From Mytilus trossulus (Eukaryota), in assembly GCF_036588685.1 (NCBI RefSeq), contig NC_086383.1:8370001-8434000 (forward strand): a DNA stretch of 64,000 bases, given 5' to 3'. A program made the position numbers and the translations under genes. A model generated the notes under the pieces. It did no database searches. It saw only the letters and a program-made list of their open reading frames with translations, and was not told the DNA's origin. This document shows positions 25,814 through 40,079 of the stretch, piece after piece (positions within the stretch are counted from its first letter, which is position 1; each line of letters begins with the position of its first letter).

Positions 25814-26473
25814 GGATGTACACCTCTGAGGAGCCAAAAATTTCTAGAATTAAACTTTTTTTCTTAACCTGATTTTTGGGTTTATAACAAAATAATTGGC
25901 AATGAACAAATCATATGGGGGTGAACTTCTTTTTTTGCTACGGCCCTTTGAAAATGCCCAATATTGATGAATTTCCCATTTTGCATCGATTTTTTAACTA
26001 TTTTGGGGCTATTTTCTGGAAAAAAATCACAATTCCACAATTAAACTTCTTTTCATACTTTCTTGTAAAATCATTTTTTGTATCCCTCACCCATTTTCTC
26101 AAAGTTATGGCTAAAAATACTGATTTGATTGGTCGTAAAATTTGAAAACTGCAGTTCTCAAAAACCGTTCATTGTAAATACACATTTTTTTCACAGAGTT
26201 ATGTTTGATTATAATATTTTTAGAATTCATTGATATTTTCAACCTGCATCACATGTTTTGGAAATAATTCAAGAATAAAGGCAACAGTAGTATACCGCTG
26301 TTCAAAACTCATAAATCCATGGACAAAAAACAAATTCGGGGTAACAAACAGAAACCGAGGGAAACGCATTGAATATAAGAGGAGAACAACGACATAACAC
26401 CGAAACGTAACACACACAAGAACGAGATTTTTAACGAGACTGAAGGAGACTGAAATGTCATAAGAATACATCC
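25814..26473. mobile_element. TTAA-target MITE (Kolobok-like, GG termini) with nested SINE tail
   Basis: ttaa|GGATGTA ... TACATCC|ttaa; family C tail inserted at ~26274-26420. Confidence 0.65.
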
Positions 26474-29400
26474 TTAAGGCCGTTGATTTTCTCGTTTGAA
26501 ATTATTCGTGTTTTTCATGTCGGGTTCTTTTGTGGCCTACACAATATGTTTTCATCCCTTTAATTGTTTAAAACAGTATGGTTGTTTATAGTTATTGCTT
26601 ACATAGAATGCTTTATTTAACCAGTGGCGGATAGTTGTCTCATTGGATGTCATACCACATCTCCTTATTGTCTTATATTATGTAAATAGGAAAGCTATGC
26701 ATTTGTATTATGCAGAGGCTATATTCGTACAGCACTACGCTAGGTAAACCTGTTTAGTAATACGTTTAGAATAGAATGGAATATTTTTATTTCCCAAATT
26801 ACAGGGCCCATAAAGGACATTACATTAAATACAATTGATTTACATAATTGGTACCAACAACAAAAATAATGGCATATACATATATATTTGGAATATAAAC
26901 ATTGGTCAGAATCAAGCCAAAAACCACATATATATTGTGAATAAAAGAATAATTAAAATTACATTATATGCATACATAATTAATAATCATCATCCGTGCT
27001 TTTACACTGAGTATATTTATTTAAAATGTTATTAGGTAAATTTTTAAAGCATCAAACTTGATACAATATCATAAGGTTGCCGTTGGTTAATGCTTACACC
27101 AGTAAATTTAAAGCATTACACGATATACATTGCTAAAGCATTTCCCTATATACAATGTTATTGCATATAACACTGGGTATATTCCTTTCGCAGTAGCGAT
27201 AGGTACGTCGATCTCAAGAGTATCATATTAGGTGTTTGTTTTCATCTTGAAGATGCATGAAATATCTGCGACTGGAAGTTGTACCAAATACTCTTATCTT
27301 TTCTATTTTATATTAGTGAGTCCATCTTTTTTCATTTTATTTTTATCTTATTACGGCCTTACAAATTCTGAAGATTAAATGAATTCAACACGTTTTAAAT
27401 GTCATACTTCCGACGAGTTTTTCTGGATTTACATTGATGACACAACAAATGGAAGTTTTTAACGACCTTGACTTGATAAGGAACACTAAAGGCCGAACAG
27501 TTGAAAGACATGCACTGATGTATAAAAACCGAATTAGTTGAAGAGCCATAGTGTGCATTATGCTTAAATAAACATGTATTAATACTTGTTTGACATACAT
27601 TTTCCATGTGGTCTTATACTATTTATAATAGCAGGAACATATATATTTGTATATATGGTTTTTTGAGGTAATTGAAGATAATCGTGAGTAACATCTCGTC
27701 TATCGATTAGTACGAAACGAATCAAAATAACAAGCAAACACTGAGTTGGTCATTTGAAATTAAAAAAAGAGCGACATAGATTACAACGACAGTGTGAACG
27801 TCTACTGAATGTTTTATCAACAATATATATCTTACCTTTTATCACTAGAAACCTTGATGTTCATCTAATGCTTAATAGTAATTATTGCATGATTAAAAGT
27901 ATACATTGAGAGAAGCTAACACAAACAGAGATACAAAAACTTCCTGATGAAAACATTATTAATACTTTTACTGACACTATCTGATTTTGTAAGTACATGT
28001 ACACAACCAACGATGGGCGGTCACAAATGTTTAATGATGATAATGATCACAAGGAAATCAAAAAGTGAATAATTTGGAAATTGTTGTCTACTTAATTCAT
28101 ACATTTCTCCAGTAGTAGCACGAAAACAGGTCAAATCATTTTAGTATTTCTTTTTGTATTATTATTATTTCTTTAATTTTTTCAATAGAATTATACATTT
28201 ATTCAAATATGCTTTTTATATTGTTAATTCAAGAAACCACGTTTTTCTTAATGTACCTGTAATATTCCACTGATAACCCAAATTAGATGTCAGCTGCTGA
28301 TGTATATGTGTGTCCCCATTTATTAAATTGTACAAAAGATTCTGATATATTATCTTTTTTTCTATTCAATCGTGTTTAACTTATCTCTTAGACGTTCATT
28401 TGGCATTTTTAAAGAATTTACTGACCACTGCTTTTACTTGAGATGATTTATTTTATAACTTAATAACGATTTGTTTATGAAGGGTTCGAACACGCACGTG
28501 ATTTCATCTTGAATCAGTAGATTTTATTCATAGTGGACGAACTTAATTTTATAAATGTCTTACAAACAAATGTTTACAAACGTGTCTAAGCACCAGCACC
28601 AAATTGAAGGAAGAAAAGACAGAAACGCTGATAACAAATACCTTTTGTCTTCAAACCATGTGAGATTGATATGTTAACATCAATGTTGCAATATGTGTAT
28701 TGTTAAGAAGATAATACCAGGAACATCTATGTCTTGTCTGATATTTTATGATTATTAGAGGATATTGATGTCTCAAACAGAATCAAGGTAACAACAAAGC
28801 CTGAGGAAATCCCTTGAAGTTCAAAAAGAAGGACACGAGGTGCATTAAAGTATAAACTTCTGTTTACTGTTGCATTACTTGTGTGTTATATTGTAGTTAT
28901 TGAAGGATGTCGATTTAACACTTTAACTAAGTGATCGCCCATCCTTGGTTGTGTACTAACAAAACCAGTTACTGTTGCAATACCTGTATTGGTAATTAGA
29001 ACATCTATGTTTTGTCCCTTGAAGTTCAAAAATATCGACATAAGTTGCATCGAAGGTGTAAACATACTGCTTTGAAAGTTTTATTAAAGATAGCTATCTT
29101 ACTTTTATCACAGGGCCTGTTGCCTCACATAATAATTGACGAATTGAACTTTGGAGCTTAGGGAAACTGGAAAAAAGAGTAAAGTTTAATGATGAAACAT
29201 TGTAATTTCTTGGGGCTTTCTGATTTTGTTCGTATAAAAACACACGTTGCAGGTTTTACTCGAATCTATGAATGTTTTATCAAATATAATATCTTACCTT
29301 TTAGTACACGAACGCTTGATGTCCAGTCGTTGCTTCACAATGTTATTGGACTGATTAAACGTAGGTGTTTAGGGAAACTGAAACAAATGGAAAAAACTCT

Positions 29401-30201
29401 TCCTGATGAAAATACTATGAATTATTGTACTGATGATATCTGATGTCGTTCGTACTATATCAAGGATGGGTGGTCGCCTAACAAATTGTTTAAAACACTT
29501 GTATCAATATAGATAAAAAGACATCGAAATACAATGTTAATGAATCTTTATTCAAAACCGTACTCAAGTCTTAAAGTTAACTTAAGATACACATAAAAGT
29601 CACGTCAAACTTACAGAGTCACACAAAAATATTGTTTTTCAAGATTTCAATAAAATTTGAAAATTTACGTGTAATTTTAATTATTTTTATTTTTTGAGTT
29701 GTAACGTCAACTTCCCATAAAAGCACGTTTGAGGTGAAATTTACGTGATTTGCACGTAAGATTCAAATGTATTAAATTTCAATGAGATTGATGTGCGTGG
29801 AAGTTCCCTGTGTTCATTCATTTTTCAATGGTCATATGATATGTCAAATGCATTTAGTAGTTCTTTTTGTTTTGAACTTGATAAGTCATTTGCAAATAGC
29901 ACTCTTTTATGTCAGACATGTTACTTTTTCACATCATAGTAAACTAATCAATGACCTCCAATGCCATAACTATATATAGAGAACAGCACTTTAATTTGAT
30001 GTAGTATTGTTTGCTACCGTACAGCCTACTACAATAAAAAAAAAACACAATGTTATGCATGGTGAAGAAAGCTTTAAATGGCATTGGTATTACAATATAT
30101 ACACAAAAAGATAATAGCGATATGTATGCTACACCAATGAAAGACAATGCAACATTATATCTGTTCATGCATCACACATTATGCGACTCCACACTCAATC
30201 A

Positions 30202-30588
30202 AAAGGTAAACAATCAGGGATAGAAACAAAAATGGTACATTATAATGTCACTCTCAGTTAAAGGTAAACAATCAGGGATAGAAACAAAAATGGTACATTA
30301 AAATGTCACTCTCAGTTAAAGGTAAACAATCAGGGATAGAAACAAAAATGGTACATTATAATGTCACTCTCAGTTAAAGGTAAACAATCAGGGATAGAAA
30401 CAAAAATGATACATTATAATGTCACTCTCAGTTAAAGGTAAACAATCAGGGATAGAAACAAAAATGGTACATTATAATGTCACTCTCAGTTAAAGGTAAA
30501 CAATCAGGGATAGAAACAAAAATGGTACATTATAATGTCACTCTCAGTTAAAGGTAAACAATCGTGGATAGGAAAAACTGGTACATTC
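30202..30588. repeat. 58-bp minisatellite, 6 near-identical copies plus a diverged partial 7th
   Basis: aaaggtaaacaatcagggatagaaacaaaaatggtacattataatgtcactctcagtt; the ggtaaac anchor falls at 30205, 30263, 30321, 30379, 30437, 30495 and 30553. Confidence 0.97.
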
Positions 30589-30974
30589 TAAGATCAGACG
30601 CTTATTTGTATATCTGAATAATTATCAAAGGTACCAGGATTATAAAGATTAATCGCGCGAACATATCGCAGATGAGTTGAGTTCTCGTGTTTTTCATCAT
30701 CAAAACATATTTCCGGATATTTAAGCATATAACATGTAAAAGCAGATTTTGTAGATAAAAAGTGTAAAACACTTATCTACGTTCATCTTAAAGGAAATTG
30801 AAACACAACTTTACTGAACAATCTTTCGAAACCCCACACTATCATTGTTTTCATGAATTATACATTTTCCAGAAGTCACATGTAAGAGTCTGCTGAATGT
30901 CATTTATTTTTCTTCTAGTACATGACAGGATTAGTACAGTAGTAGTTATTTTAATATCTAAATAAACTCTTCTT

Positions 30975-31115
30975 AGATATCAGGATTCAAATTTTATACT
31001 TGCGCTAGATACGTGTTTCGTCTACAAAAGACTAATCAGTGACACTCAAATCCAAAAATGTTAAAGGCCAAATAAAGTACGAAATTAAAGAGCGTTGAGG
31101 ACCAATAATTCCTAA
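30975..31115 (-). mobile_element. Retrozyme family 1 fragment with mutated hammerhead
   Basis: Core reads CUGAUUA (G8 lost)...GAAA-CACGUA-UC. Confidence 0.65.
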
Positions 31116-32129
31116 AAAAAGACAAAAAAGACAAGGTCAGTGATATTTTTTAAAATATTCCGAAATGAAATCAGGGACATAATTAACATAAATAAAATTA
31201 GAGGAATCATACTTAAAACTTTGGAATATTTCGCATTAAGTTGTTCATGTTGTGTTTTTTGGTTTTTTTAAGTTTGTCTGTTCATATTTTTCTCTGGTTT
31301 GCAATGTCGTTTTTAGTTTATTTTCCACTTAAAAGCTTGAATACCTTACGGGTCTCTTTCAAGTTTAAACTGTTTAATCATAGTGTTGTATCAATCAATG
31401 AACTCGTTATGTCCATAATAATGTTTACGTATAGCGAAACAGAAAAACGGATGCAAAAATTAATTTAATCTGTTAATTAGTAGACGTTGTGTGATGATTA
31501 AAGTCCAGTTACATAGTATGTTATTTTCTTAAAACTACGAAAGCTGAGAAGGCTCACCTGTAATTCAGAATTCAGCATTCAGAATTCGGAATTCGAAATT
31601 CAGATAGGTAAATTATTTTTATCAAATGTTATAACATACATATTGTAATAATTGATATATATATTTGAATTGTGATATGAAAGTTGTATGCATGTCTTTA
31701 TTTTAACTACTCCACCTTATATGAATAGATTACATTTTTTGTGTTGGTCCATATTCCATAGAGGGGGTTTGTTTTCCGTCATATCCTTGTGTTTTTGCTG
31801 TTTTGGTTTCTACCCCTGTAGGACTCTGGTTTAAAATTCCCTCCTCATCACCTTCCCAACAAAAATCCCTATTTTGTATTTTATTACTTTTTCCATTTAT
31901 GTATCAATACTCGATCATTGATCATCATTGAGTTTCATTTAGATTTGCTACACATATCTGTTTTATTTCATGATTTTCTTATATGACATGCTGTACATAT
32001 TTGTTTTAGTTCATGATTTTGTTATATGACATGTTGTACATTGTTTTTCAGTGACTTTTGATAGCATGTTTTCCTTATATTAAACGTCTGACATGAAATA
32101 TCTATAATCAGAAAAACTACACTTAATTA

Positions 32130-33960
32130 AATGGAAATATTAACAAATGACCACTGGTCAATTTGTTATATAACTTACAAATAAAGTTAGTTTTGGGGAA
32201 AGCTTAATTCAAATTATGTTTCGATTTCGTTTGATAAAGTATTTAATTCTTATAATAAGTTGATCGTCATTCATTTTCTTCTAAATATTTCAAGCTTGAA
32301 ATGTTTTATTTATTGGTGAAATTTTCAAACAGTATTAAAAGTATGACATAAAACATGTTTATGAGAAGAAAACCTTTACCAAATTAATTGAAATATTAGC
32401 ATAAGATCACTGGAATAACGTTAGTTTTGGAAAAAGTATCATTCAGAGTCGTTTTCGATTTCCTTTGATAAAAGTGTCGAGCACTTCGGATTAGTTGATT
32501 GTCATCACTTTGTTTTAAAATAAACAATAAAAGATATGATCTTGACAGATAATTTACAGTTCATCAGCCAGGAAGTTTTGTTTCTCCTTTAGTTTATTTT
32601 TAAATGACTGCTTTAGTAAATTCAAGTGATATTGAGGTTCTTAGTAACACATGTAGACCAGTAGTCAGCACTGTTTGTGCTGACATGAATTATCATTGAT
32701 ATTGTTATTATATCTAAAAATTAACTGTTTACAACATTTTGAATGTTTGAAATACTTAGGCTTTTTCTACCTCAGGCATAGATTACCATAGCTGTATTTG
32801 GCAAAACTTTTAGGAATTTTGGTCCTCAATGCTTTATAACTTCGTACTTCATTTGGCCTTTTTAAGTTTTTTGGATTCGAGCGTCACTGATGCGTCTTGT
32901 GTAGACGAAACGCGCGTCTGGCGTATATATAAAATTTAGTCCTGGTATATATGATGAGTTTATTTACAACCACTAGGTCGATGCCACTGCTGGTGAGTAT
33001 TTATTTTCCCGGGGGTATCACAAGCCCAGAAATCAGCACTGTTTGTGCTGACATGAATTATAATTGATATTGTTATATTTATAAATTAACTGTTTACAAA
33101 ATTGTGATTTTTTTTAAATACTTAGGCTTTTCTATCTCAGGCATATATTACCTTAGCTGTATTTGGCAAAGAATTTAGGAATTTTGGTCCTCAATGCTTT
33201 ATAACTTCGGTCTTTATTTGGCCTTTTTTTTTTCTTTCTTTTTTTTAACTTTTTTGAATTCGAACGTCAATTTAAGAATAGTCGGTATTTGTCTTTGCCG
33301 TACATTTCTCAAGACAATTTTTATATATGCATTACATAAGACTATCTCCGGGAGGTTGATGCAATGCATTTGGAAGTGCTTCCCGATAATAACAGACTTG
33401 CTTATGATAGCATCAACGTTTAAAGAGTGGTTTAAATTGTGTTCAGAAGTGATATTATTAATGTACAGAATTGCTATACATGTTAGTCTTATTTCATTAC
33501 TTTTTCAGTATGTTTTTGTACTTTGTTAAAAAGCTTTCCGGTGTCGTTTATTGAGATTGACTAAGGAGACTTCATGCAACATCTCGTGAATTTTCAACTT
33601 AAAATGTTTTGTTTACTGACGTCCTCTCACTAAATAATGTTCCACTAATATATTCAAACTTCTGAGAAAAAACAATATCTTTGAGCTGAATAACGTAAAC
33701 TGAATTGGAAATATTTTCAATAGAACACTGGACAATTTGTGATTTAACCTAAAAAGGAAGTTAGTTTTAGAAATGTTCATTCTAATTCTGGTTCGATTTC
33801 TTTGTGTTTAGCACTTATGACAAGTACATTACTTTGTTTTCAAATAAACAATAGAAGATATGATCTGAACTACAAGTACAGTTCATTAACCCGAAAGTTG
33901 TGTTTACTCTTATGTTTCATCTTCCTTAAACGACCGCTTTAAATAAGTCACGTGATATTG
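32130..33960 (-). pseudogene. Decayed LRR coding fragments (mirrored on + at ~62280-64000)
   Basis: Fragments from the two arms: WLMNCKL..QDHIFY, LDT..KGNR.KRL, RLSH.KLTSV.LKIF, LKSNEIR, LYINNITS, NLPEIVLCNAYI; internally repeated and split by the retrozyme array. Confidence 0.45.
32655..33270 (+). mobile_element. Retrozyme family 1 array (~1.7 units, 368-nt period)
   Basis: cagcactgtttgtgctgacatgaattat at 32666 and 33034; the hammerhead at 32882-32923 has core CUGAUGC (A9 mutated). Confidence 0.85.
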
Positions 33961-34329
33961 AGATACTCATCGAATGTATATCCTGTATTCCGAATGACAG
34001 ACTGCTCGGGTTTTATCTGTTCAGTATTGACGAATAAACTTTATGTCTTTTAATTTTATATATTAGTAAATTATGTATAATATACTAGGCAAACAAAAAA
34101 AACAACGTTACATTGGTTTTTAATTTGAAAATATCACATATATTAATTTCAAATATTTTTTATGATTAAAACTAGTAACCTGAATGATTTATCTATCAAA
34201 TTTACTCAATTATAAAAATATCGGAAATTACATGATGTCATTTTCTGATTTCAAACAAATAACCTTTTTTCAAAAGTTTACCTGTATAGAGTTGTCCTTG
34301 TTGTCATTTATTGTGTCGAACAAGATTGT

Positions 34330-35095
34330 TATCAAAAGGTCGCATTACAAAAATTGAAAAAGTTACACGTAAAACATATGCCCGGTCTTCCGCATCATTC
34401 ATCTCCGGAATTGATTCGTAAACGCGTCACAAACTGCAAGACAAACCCACAGAAGACATAACAACAGAAGATTTGTTCGAACAGTTTGTAAACGATTGCG
34501 TCAACTTGGTCTAAGAACTAGTCGTCCATTGAAGGGAAGTATCCTTACACAGTGTCACAGGATGCCACTACTTCAATGGACACAGGTACAGATTCGATGG
34601 AATAGGCAAACATAAACACAGGTTTCTTTTTACCGATGAATCTAAAATTGAAATTTAGTGACGGCAGAGCCAGGGTCTACCGGAGACGCAAAGAACGATG
34701 TTCTTATGCGTGCGTGCAGAAAACAGATCGATTTGATGGTGGCGGAATCATGGCATGGGGCGGAATTACCTACCGGGAACGCACAGAGCTCAAATCATCG
34801 TTGGTAACCTAAATACAACAAGGTATAGGGACGAAATGCAGGCTCCAGTTGTTCTCCCGTTTCTCCGAAGACATCGTTTTAACCACGTTTTTTCAGCAGG
34901 ACAACGGCTGTTGTCATGTGAAATACATTTCAATGACCTTTTTGGAGAATAATCATATTCGTGTGTTGCCTTGGCCAGCAGTGTCTTAAGATTTATCACC
35001 AATTGAACGTCTTTGGAACGAACGTGGACGACGTATCAGAAATATTCAAAATCTACCAGAAAAGCTAAGAAATTTACCCTAAGAAATACACATCT
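34330..35095 (+). mobile_element. Tc1-like transposase remnant (mirror copy at ~61170-61910, minus strand)
   Basis: FTDESK, GGIMAWGGI, QQDN and LPWPAVS*DLSPIERLW motifs. Confidence 0.85.
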
Positions 35096-37642
35096 ACCTG
35101 GTATTAACATGTCCAATAATTTTGTATTATTCCTGTACATATATCTTTTTTATAATTAAAAGTAAGCGTATCCCCCTTTTAGAAAAGTTGATATATAATG
35201 TTTTTTCCCCTTTTAAATTTAAAAAAGCTAGTTGTTGTTAAACCTTCCTACAACTACTCGACGATGAATCTTGTGTGCCCAGAAGTCAAAATGATGAGTT
35301 CTTTATTGCTATATTTAAAGTATCTTTTGAAAAGTAAAAGTTTTAGTGTTTATTCATTACAATATAGAATACCAGATAAGTTTAAGAGAATAACTATAGA
35401 TAACAAAGGGGTTTACTCATTTTATTAGTCGGGTGAGAGTTAGAAACGGATGTGGTAAAACCCTGGAGACAACTCTCCATCTAAGTCACATTTTTTAAAA
35501 GTTAACCGTTTTAATGGTTTCACACTAGCAAGTTTGGGCGCGATTTATAGATTGCTGTTTTGTGTGAGCCAAGGCTCCGTGTTGAAGGCCGTACCTTGAC
35601 CTATTATGGTTTACTTTAATTTATAAATTGTTTCTTGGATGGAGAGTTGTGGCATTGGCACTCATACCACATATTCCTTTACCAATTAAAGGCCAAAGTA
35701 TGGTTGTCATAAAGAAGTCGTGGCTCACATCGTACTGCAAGCTTTAAATGCCGCAAAAACTACTAGTCTAAAATCATAAAAGACGAGAAACAAGAAACAT
35801 TTATGAACCACATATACAACTAAATATCTAATTACTAACTGAAGACCGGGTTAAAATTTGCAGCGGGTTTAAACAAAATTAATGGAACCAAACCTTCATT
35901 TTTATCTTAAACAACAGTGTAACATCACAACATAGAACACTTTATTTCAATGAATATAGCATGCCATCTTGTTATCAAATACACTTGTCAATATCAAATA
36001 ACAAACGAAACATGACTACTGTTGTCAAAACAAGACTATTGGAATATGTATCTGTTGAGTTGAGTCGTTCTGTTTTCTTTCCTGAAATATGTTGTCTGAA
36101 GTTTATTTTCTGAGTATCTATTGAATAAAATGTCAGTTGGGAGATTAAAGGGGTAACTTATTTCAAACCAACATTTAAGTTTACGTTTTTGTATTCATAT
36201 GCAGCACATATTTTGCAGAATCATCTCTAGTAAAAAAAGAACCAACAAAACTTCTTGAGTTTTATCTAATTTTCCCCTCAATTGTGTTTGTGGATAATAA
36301 GCCTTACAGACGACACAATGGCATGGAGTTCAATATATAAATGATGACATAAACGTCATAGTGAATTGATTCAACATACTAATGTCCACGTGCATGACAC
36401 AATGGAAAAATACAAAATGATTAAGTACGACACAAAAGATACAACACCATGACACAGCCTATAAATGACGATATAAACAACACATTTTAAAAAGGATTAA
36501 AGAGATAAAAATGACGACATGAACGACATTATTACATGATTTACAATCTTAATAAAGATATACACGATACATTGAATTGTATTTACGAAAACAAATCTTC
36601 ATTGAAATATAAAGTGAGAAACGAATCAAACGTGCATATGCTGTATGGTTAACATCACAAATTGGTTGACCGACACAGTTTATGTTTGTTACCATATATT
36701 TTTTTCCTAAATCGTTTACTAGATTTGATCGATAAACTACTGTAACTTGAATGCAATGATCATTGTCATTTTGTTATAAATCTTTAAATGTCTAAAAAAA
36801 AAAATTCAAGTACCGAAATGAATTAAACATGTTCAGAAACGACTTCTGGGAAATGTTTACATTTAAACTTAAAATAGATATAGAACTAATTCATTGGAAT
36901 TTTCACTTTCTTTTAAAATATTGATTCAAGTAATTGACACTTATAATTCGTATTTTCCTATTACTTAGTGTTAAGATAAACAATAGAAAATATGATCTAC
37001 ACAAGTAATTTTTTTTGTTGCCAAAGAGGTTTGTTTCTCTCTTTGTTTCATAATCTTAAATTGATCCTTATTTGTTTTCTTGATATTGAAGTGTTACGTA
37101 GAGAATGTTTATTCAAGACGAAAATAGGTCTTTGTCCTTGAAGTTACAAAACTTCCATTTGTTGTATATTGTGAGTCAAATCTTTTTCTTCTTCGTGGTA
37201 TGTCTTAGTTTCATATATTTGTTGTAAGCCTCTGTTTAATAGTGGTGCGACTGTCATACAAGTGAGAGGTTTAGCTAGCTATAAAACCAGGTTCAATCCA
37301 CCATTTTCTACATTAGAAAATGCCTGTACCAAGTCAGGAATATGACAGTTGTTATCTATTCGTTTGATGTGTTTGGACTTTTGATTTTGCCTTTTGATTT
37401 TAGACTATCCTTTTTGAATTTTCCTCGAAGTGCAGTATTTTTGTGTTTTTACTTTTTAATAGATCATTTATTAGGGTATTGAAATTTCAATGTGTTGTTC
37501 GTAACTTTTGAAAGACTTAGAATAGATTAACACCAAAACAAAACAAAACTGTTTGGATTGTTAAAAAAATTCCCTTACATGTCATTACAAATGTTCTCTC
37601 ACTTAAACAATAAGTAAATGCTTCAAGACTCATCAGTGGCGC

Positions 37643-38250
37643 TGTAACATAGTCAGTGGATTAAATAATTTTATTACGAAATAACAAAGTCAAGAAAGAT
37701 TCTAAAGTTCAATGTTGAAATGTTCACAAACTGTTTTTAAAGTTCAATTGTTCGAATGTTCAATATCTCACAAGGGCACGTGCTCGTATAGTTTTATAAA
37801 TGTTCAGTCCTAATTAAGTACGTTCGGATATTAAGCGCATGAGTTCCAGCCTACCCACAAGGGGGGAGACCTTGGCGGAATCTCCGGTACCAAAACTTGT
37901 ACCAAGCTGTTCTCTCAAGTCCAAAGCTGGATCTTATATAGTCCAGTTGTTCATACAAACGGTCCATAGCTGTAGGCCGGTTACGTAGTCGTCTGGTTTT
38001 CGAGTAATATTAATCTGTGGTTAATTGTCAAACTATGCAATAAACCCCTGACGGGTACATGTTATTTCACACTAGACATGGTCATTTATTGGCTTCAGGC
38101 TATACATGGTATGTCTATAATATTTGAACAGATCGTTATTTAAAAGTGTCCAAAGCGTACATGATTGTCATTGAATTGTTTAATTCCTTTTTAATAAATT
38201 TCCTAATTAATACTCCTTGATAATTAATGAATGTTACCAATTGTGTAACA
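37643..38250. mobile_element. Solo LTR (Gypsy-type, 4-bp TSD)
   Basis: 608 bp with TGT...ACA termini and GCGC duplicated at 37639-42 and 38251-54; the empty site is visible in the mirror arm at ~58600 (gatagttgcgccactg). Confidence 0.9.
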
Positions 38251-40079
38251 GCGCAACTATCAAATATTGGAAGACATTTTATGTATGGAGTTAAAAATCT
38301 TTCAAAAAAACTGTTTATCTTAAAGGTATATGTACAACTATGGAAAAGAAACGTTCCATGTTAGACATGTTTTATATTTCATGTAGAATACAAATTTAAA
38401 ACGTTTAATCCTGCTGCAAATGTTTGCACCTGTCCTAAGTTAGGAATCTTATGTACTTAAGTATAGTAGTTGACGTTCGTTTTTGTAATTTATACATGTT
38501 TCTCGTTTCTCGTTTTTTAATTGACTAGGCCGTTGGTTTTCCCGTTTGAATGGTTTTACACTAGTAATTTTGGGGCCTTTTACAGCTTGTTTTTCGGTGT
38601 GAGCCAAGGCTCCGTGTTGAAGGCCGTACGTCGACCTATAAATGTTTTCTTTTATTTGGACGGATAGTTGTCTCATTGGCACTCACACCACTTCTTCCTA
38701 TATATAGTTCAATTGTAAGCACGTCAACATTGTTATATGAAGTAATATCAGTAGAAATCTAAACAATAAAAACAAAATAATTGATTCTCTATTTCATGTA
38801 AAATAATTACATTCAATTTGGTAATGGTTGTATTAAAAATGCAACATCAAGTTAGTTTTTGACAACCATCAAAATGATTGAGTTTCGTTTTCCTTTTCAT
38901 TATATTAATTTAAGTGATTTACGCTTATGGTTGAAAATGTATGTTCGTTTAGTTTGTATTAATAAAATTATAATTTCTCAGAATACCCAATTTACAATCA
39001 TATATGAGGAAGTTTTTCTGACCTATTTTTATTTTTCTATCAATTTCAATTTCAATAATACAAAGTTAAGTGCCTAAAATCTACAAATATCTCTTTAATT
39101 AATAGTTTACACATTTATAAAAGTCGAATAAAATTGAATCATGTACAACAGGTCCAGAACTCTAGATTTTCTGACGTCAGAATATATTTGCATAGTAATT
39201 TCCAAAACACAAGGCCAATATGCCCTTGACAAACTGACCAATCGACTCAATGAACTACAATGCATTGCGGGCTACTACTAGTAAACTAATACTTAAAAAA
39301 CGTGGAATTTGTGGGAAAACAGTCAATTAATATATTGTCTGGGACTCTCATTACCAAAGTTTTTATTCTGCAAATAAATTTAATGTAAAATATATAACGT
39401 AATCTTCAATTTACATTCTCAGATTAAAAAAAAAAATGTTTATTGGCTTCACGATTCGACTTTCTTTTTCGCCTTGCAAAAGCAGTTGAACCGGTTTTGT
39501 ACATTGTTATGAATTGAACCAGCATTAATTTCACGACATGACACAGTGAAATATCCAATGAAGTGACCACTGTCCAGTAAGAAAATCATTTGAGCTCTTT
39601 TAAACATGTATAATGTTATTCCAAAATCATTTCTGTCTAGAAAAACACGAAACTTTCATTGATGTGCACAAAACATCAACATATTTGAATGACTTGGTGT
39701 ATTTAGCAAGATTTTGTTTTGATCTTTCTTTGAAATCCAAAATAGCGGCTATTTTCAAAATAGCCGCATTGAAAATTAAGCAAATATTCATTATTGCGAA
39801 TTGACCTGAATATAAGCATTTTATTGATGTAAAATATCATTAAGTATCTGTCCAAGTTCTGTCCTTTTTGATTTTGCCTTCCTTGTGATTTCATATACAA
39901 AGTAGTAGCTTTCATTAAAAGCTGCACTATTGGTTGTCTTGGGTCACACATAAAAGCTGTGATTTAGGATTTATCTGCCTTAAGATATTATTCAGTGCCT
40001 ATCTTATTCCTTAGGTCGCAATATTTTGCAATTTGAGATATTAATTGAGAATCATTTAAACACATATCAGTAAAATGGC

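Larger units (their letters stand above)
27030..31240 (+). pseudogene. Decayed leucine-rich-repeat coding fragments
   Basis: TLDVQSLLHNVIGLIKRRCLGKLKQMEKTLPDENT (Asn residues 24 aa apart, 29312-29420); LLEDIDVSNRI (~28755); TFSHHSKLINDLQCHNYI (~29925); TLIYVHLKGN*NTTLLNNL (~30770); NKIRGIILKTLEY (~31190). Confidence 0.6.
32165..39662 (+). repeat. Left arm of inverted segmental duplication
   Basis: Reverse complement of 57193-64000. Paired ORFs: 38859-39077/57777-57995, 38449-38682/58172-58405 and 34755-34952/61334-61558. Confidence 0.97.

Noticed and set aside
27850-29443. Repeated terminal exon encoding a TM helix and Tyr-motif tail (..LPDENI.N.YT..I*)
   Set aside because: 24-residue Asn spacing and neighbouring motifs fit decayed LRRs better
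30202-30588. CRISPR-like array
   Set aside because: Units are contiguous with no unique spacers, there are no cas genes, and the context is eukaryotic
31560-31605. aattcag x6 heptamer run as a regulatory array
   Set aside because: Indistinguishable from a simple degenerate microsatellite
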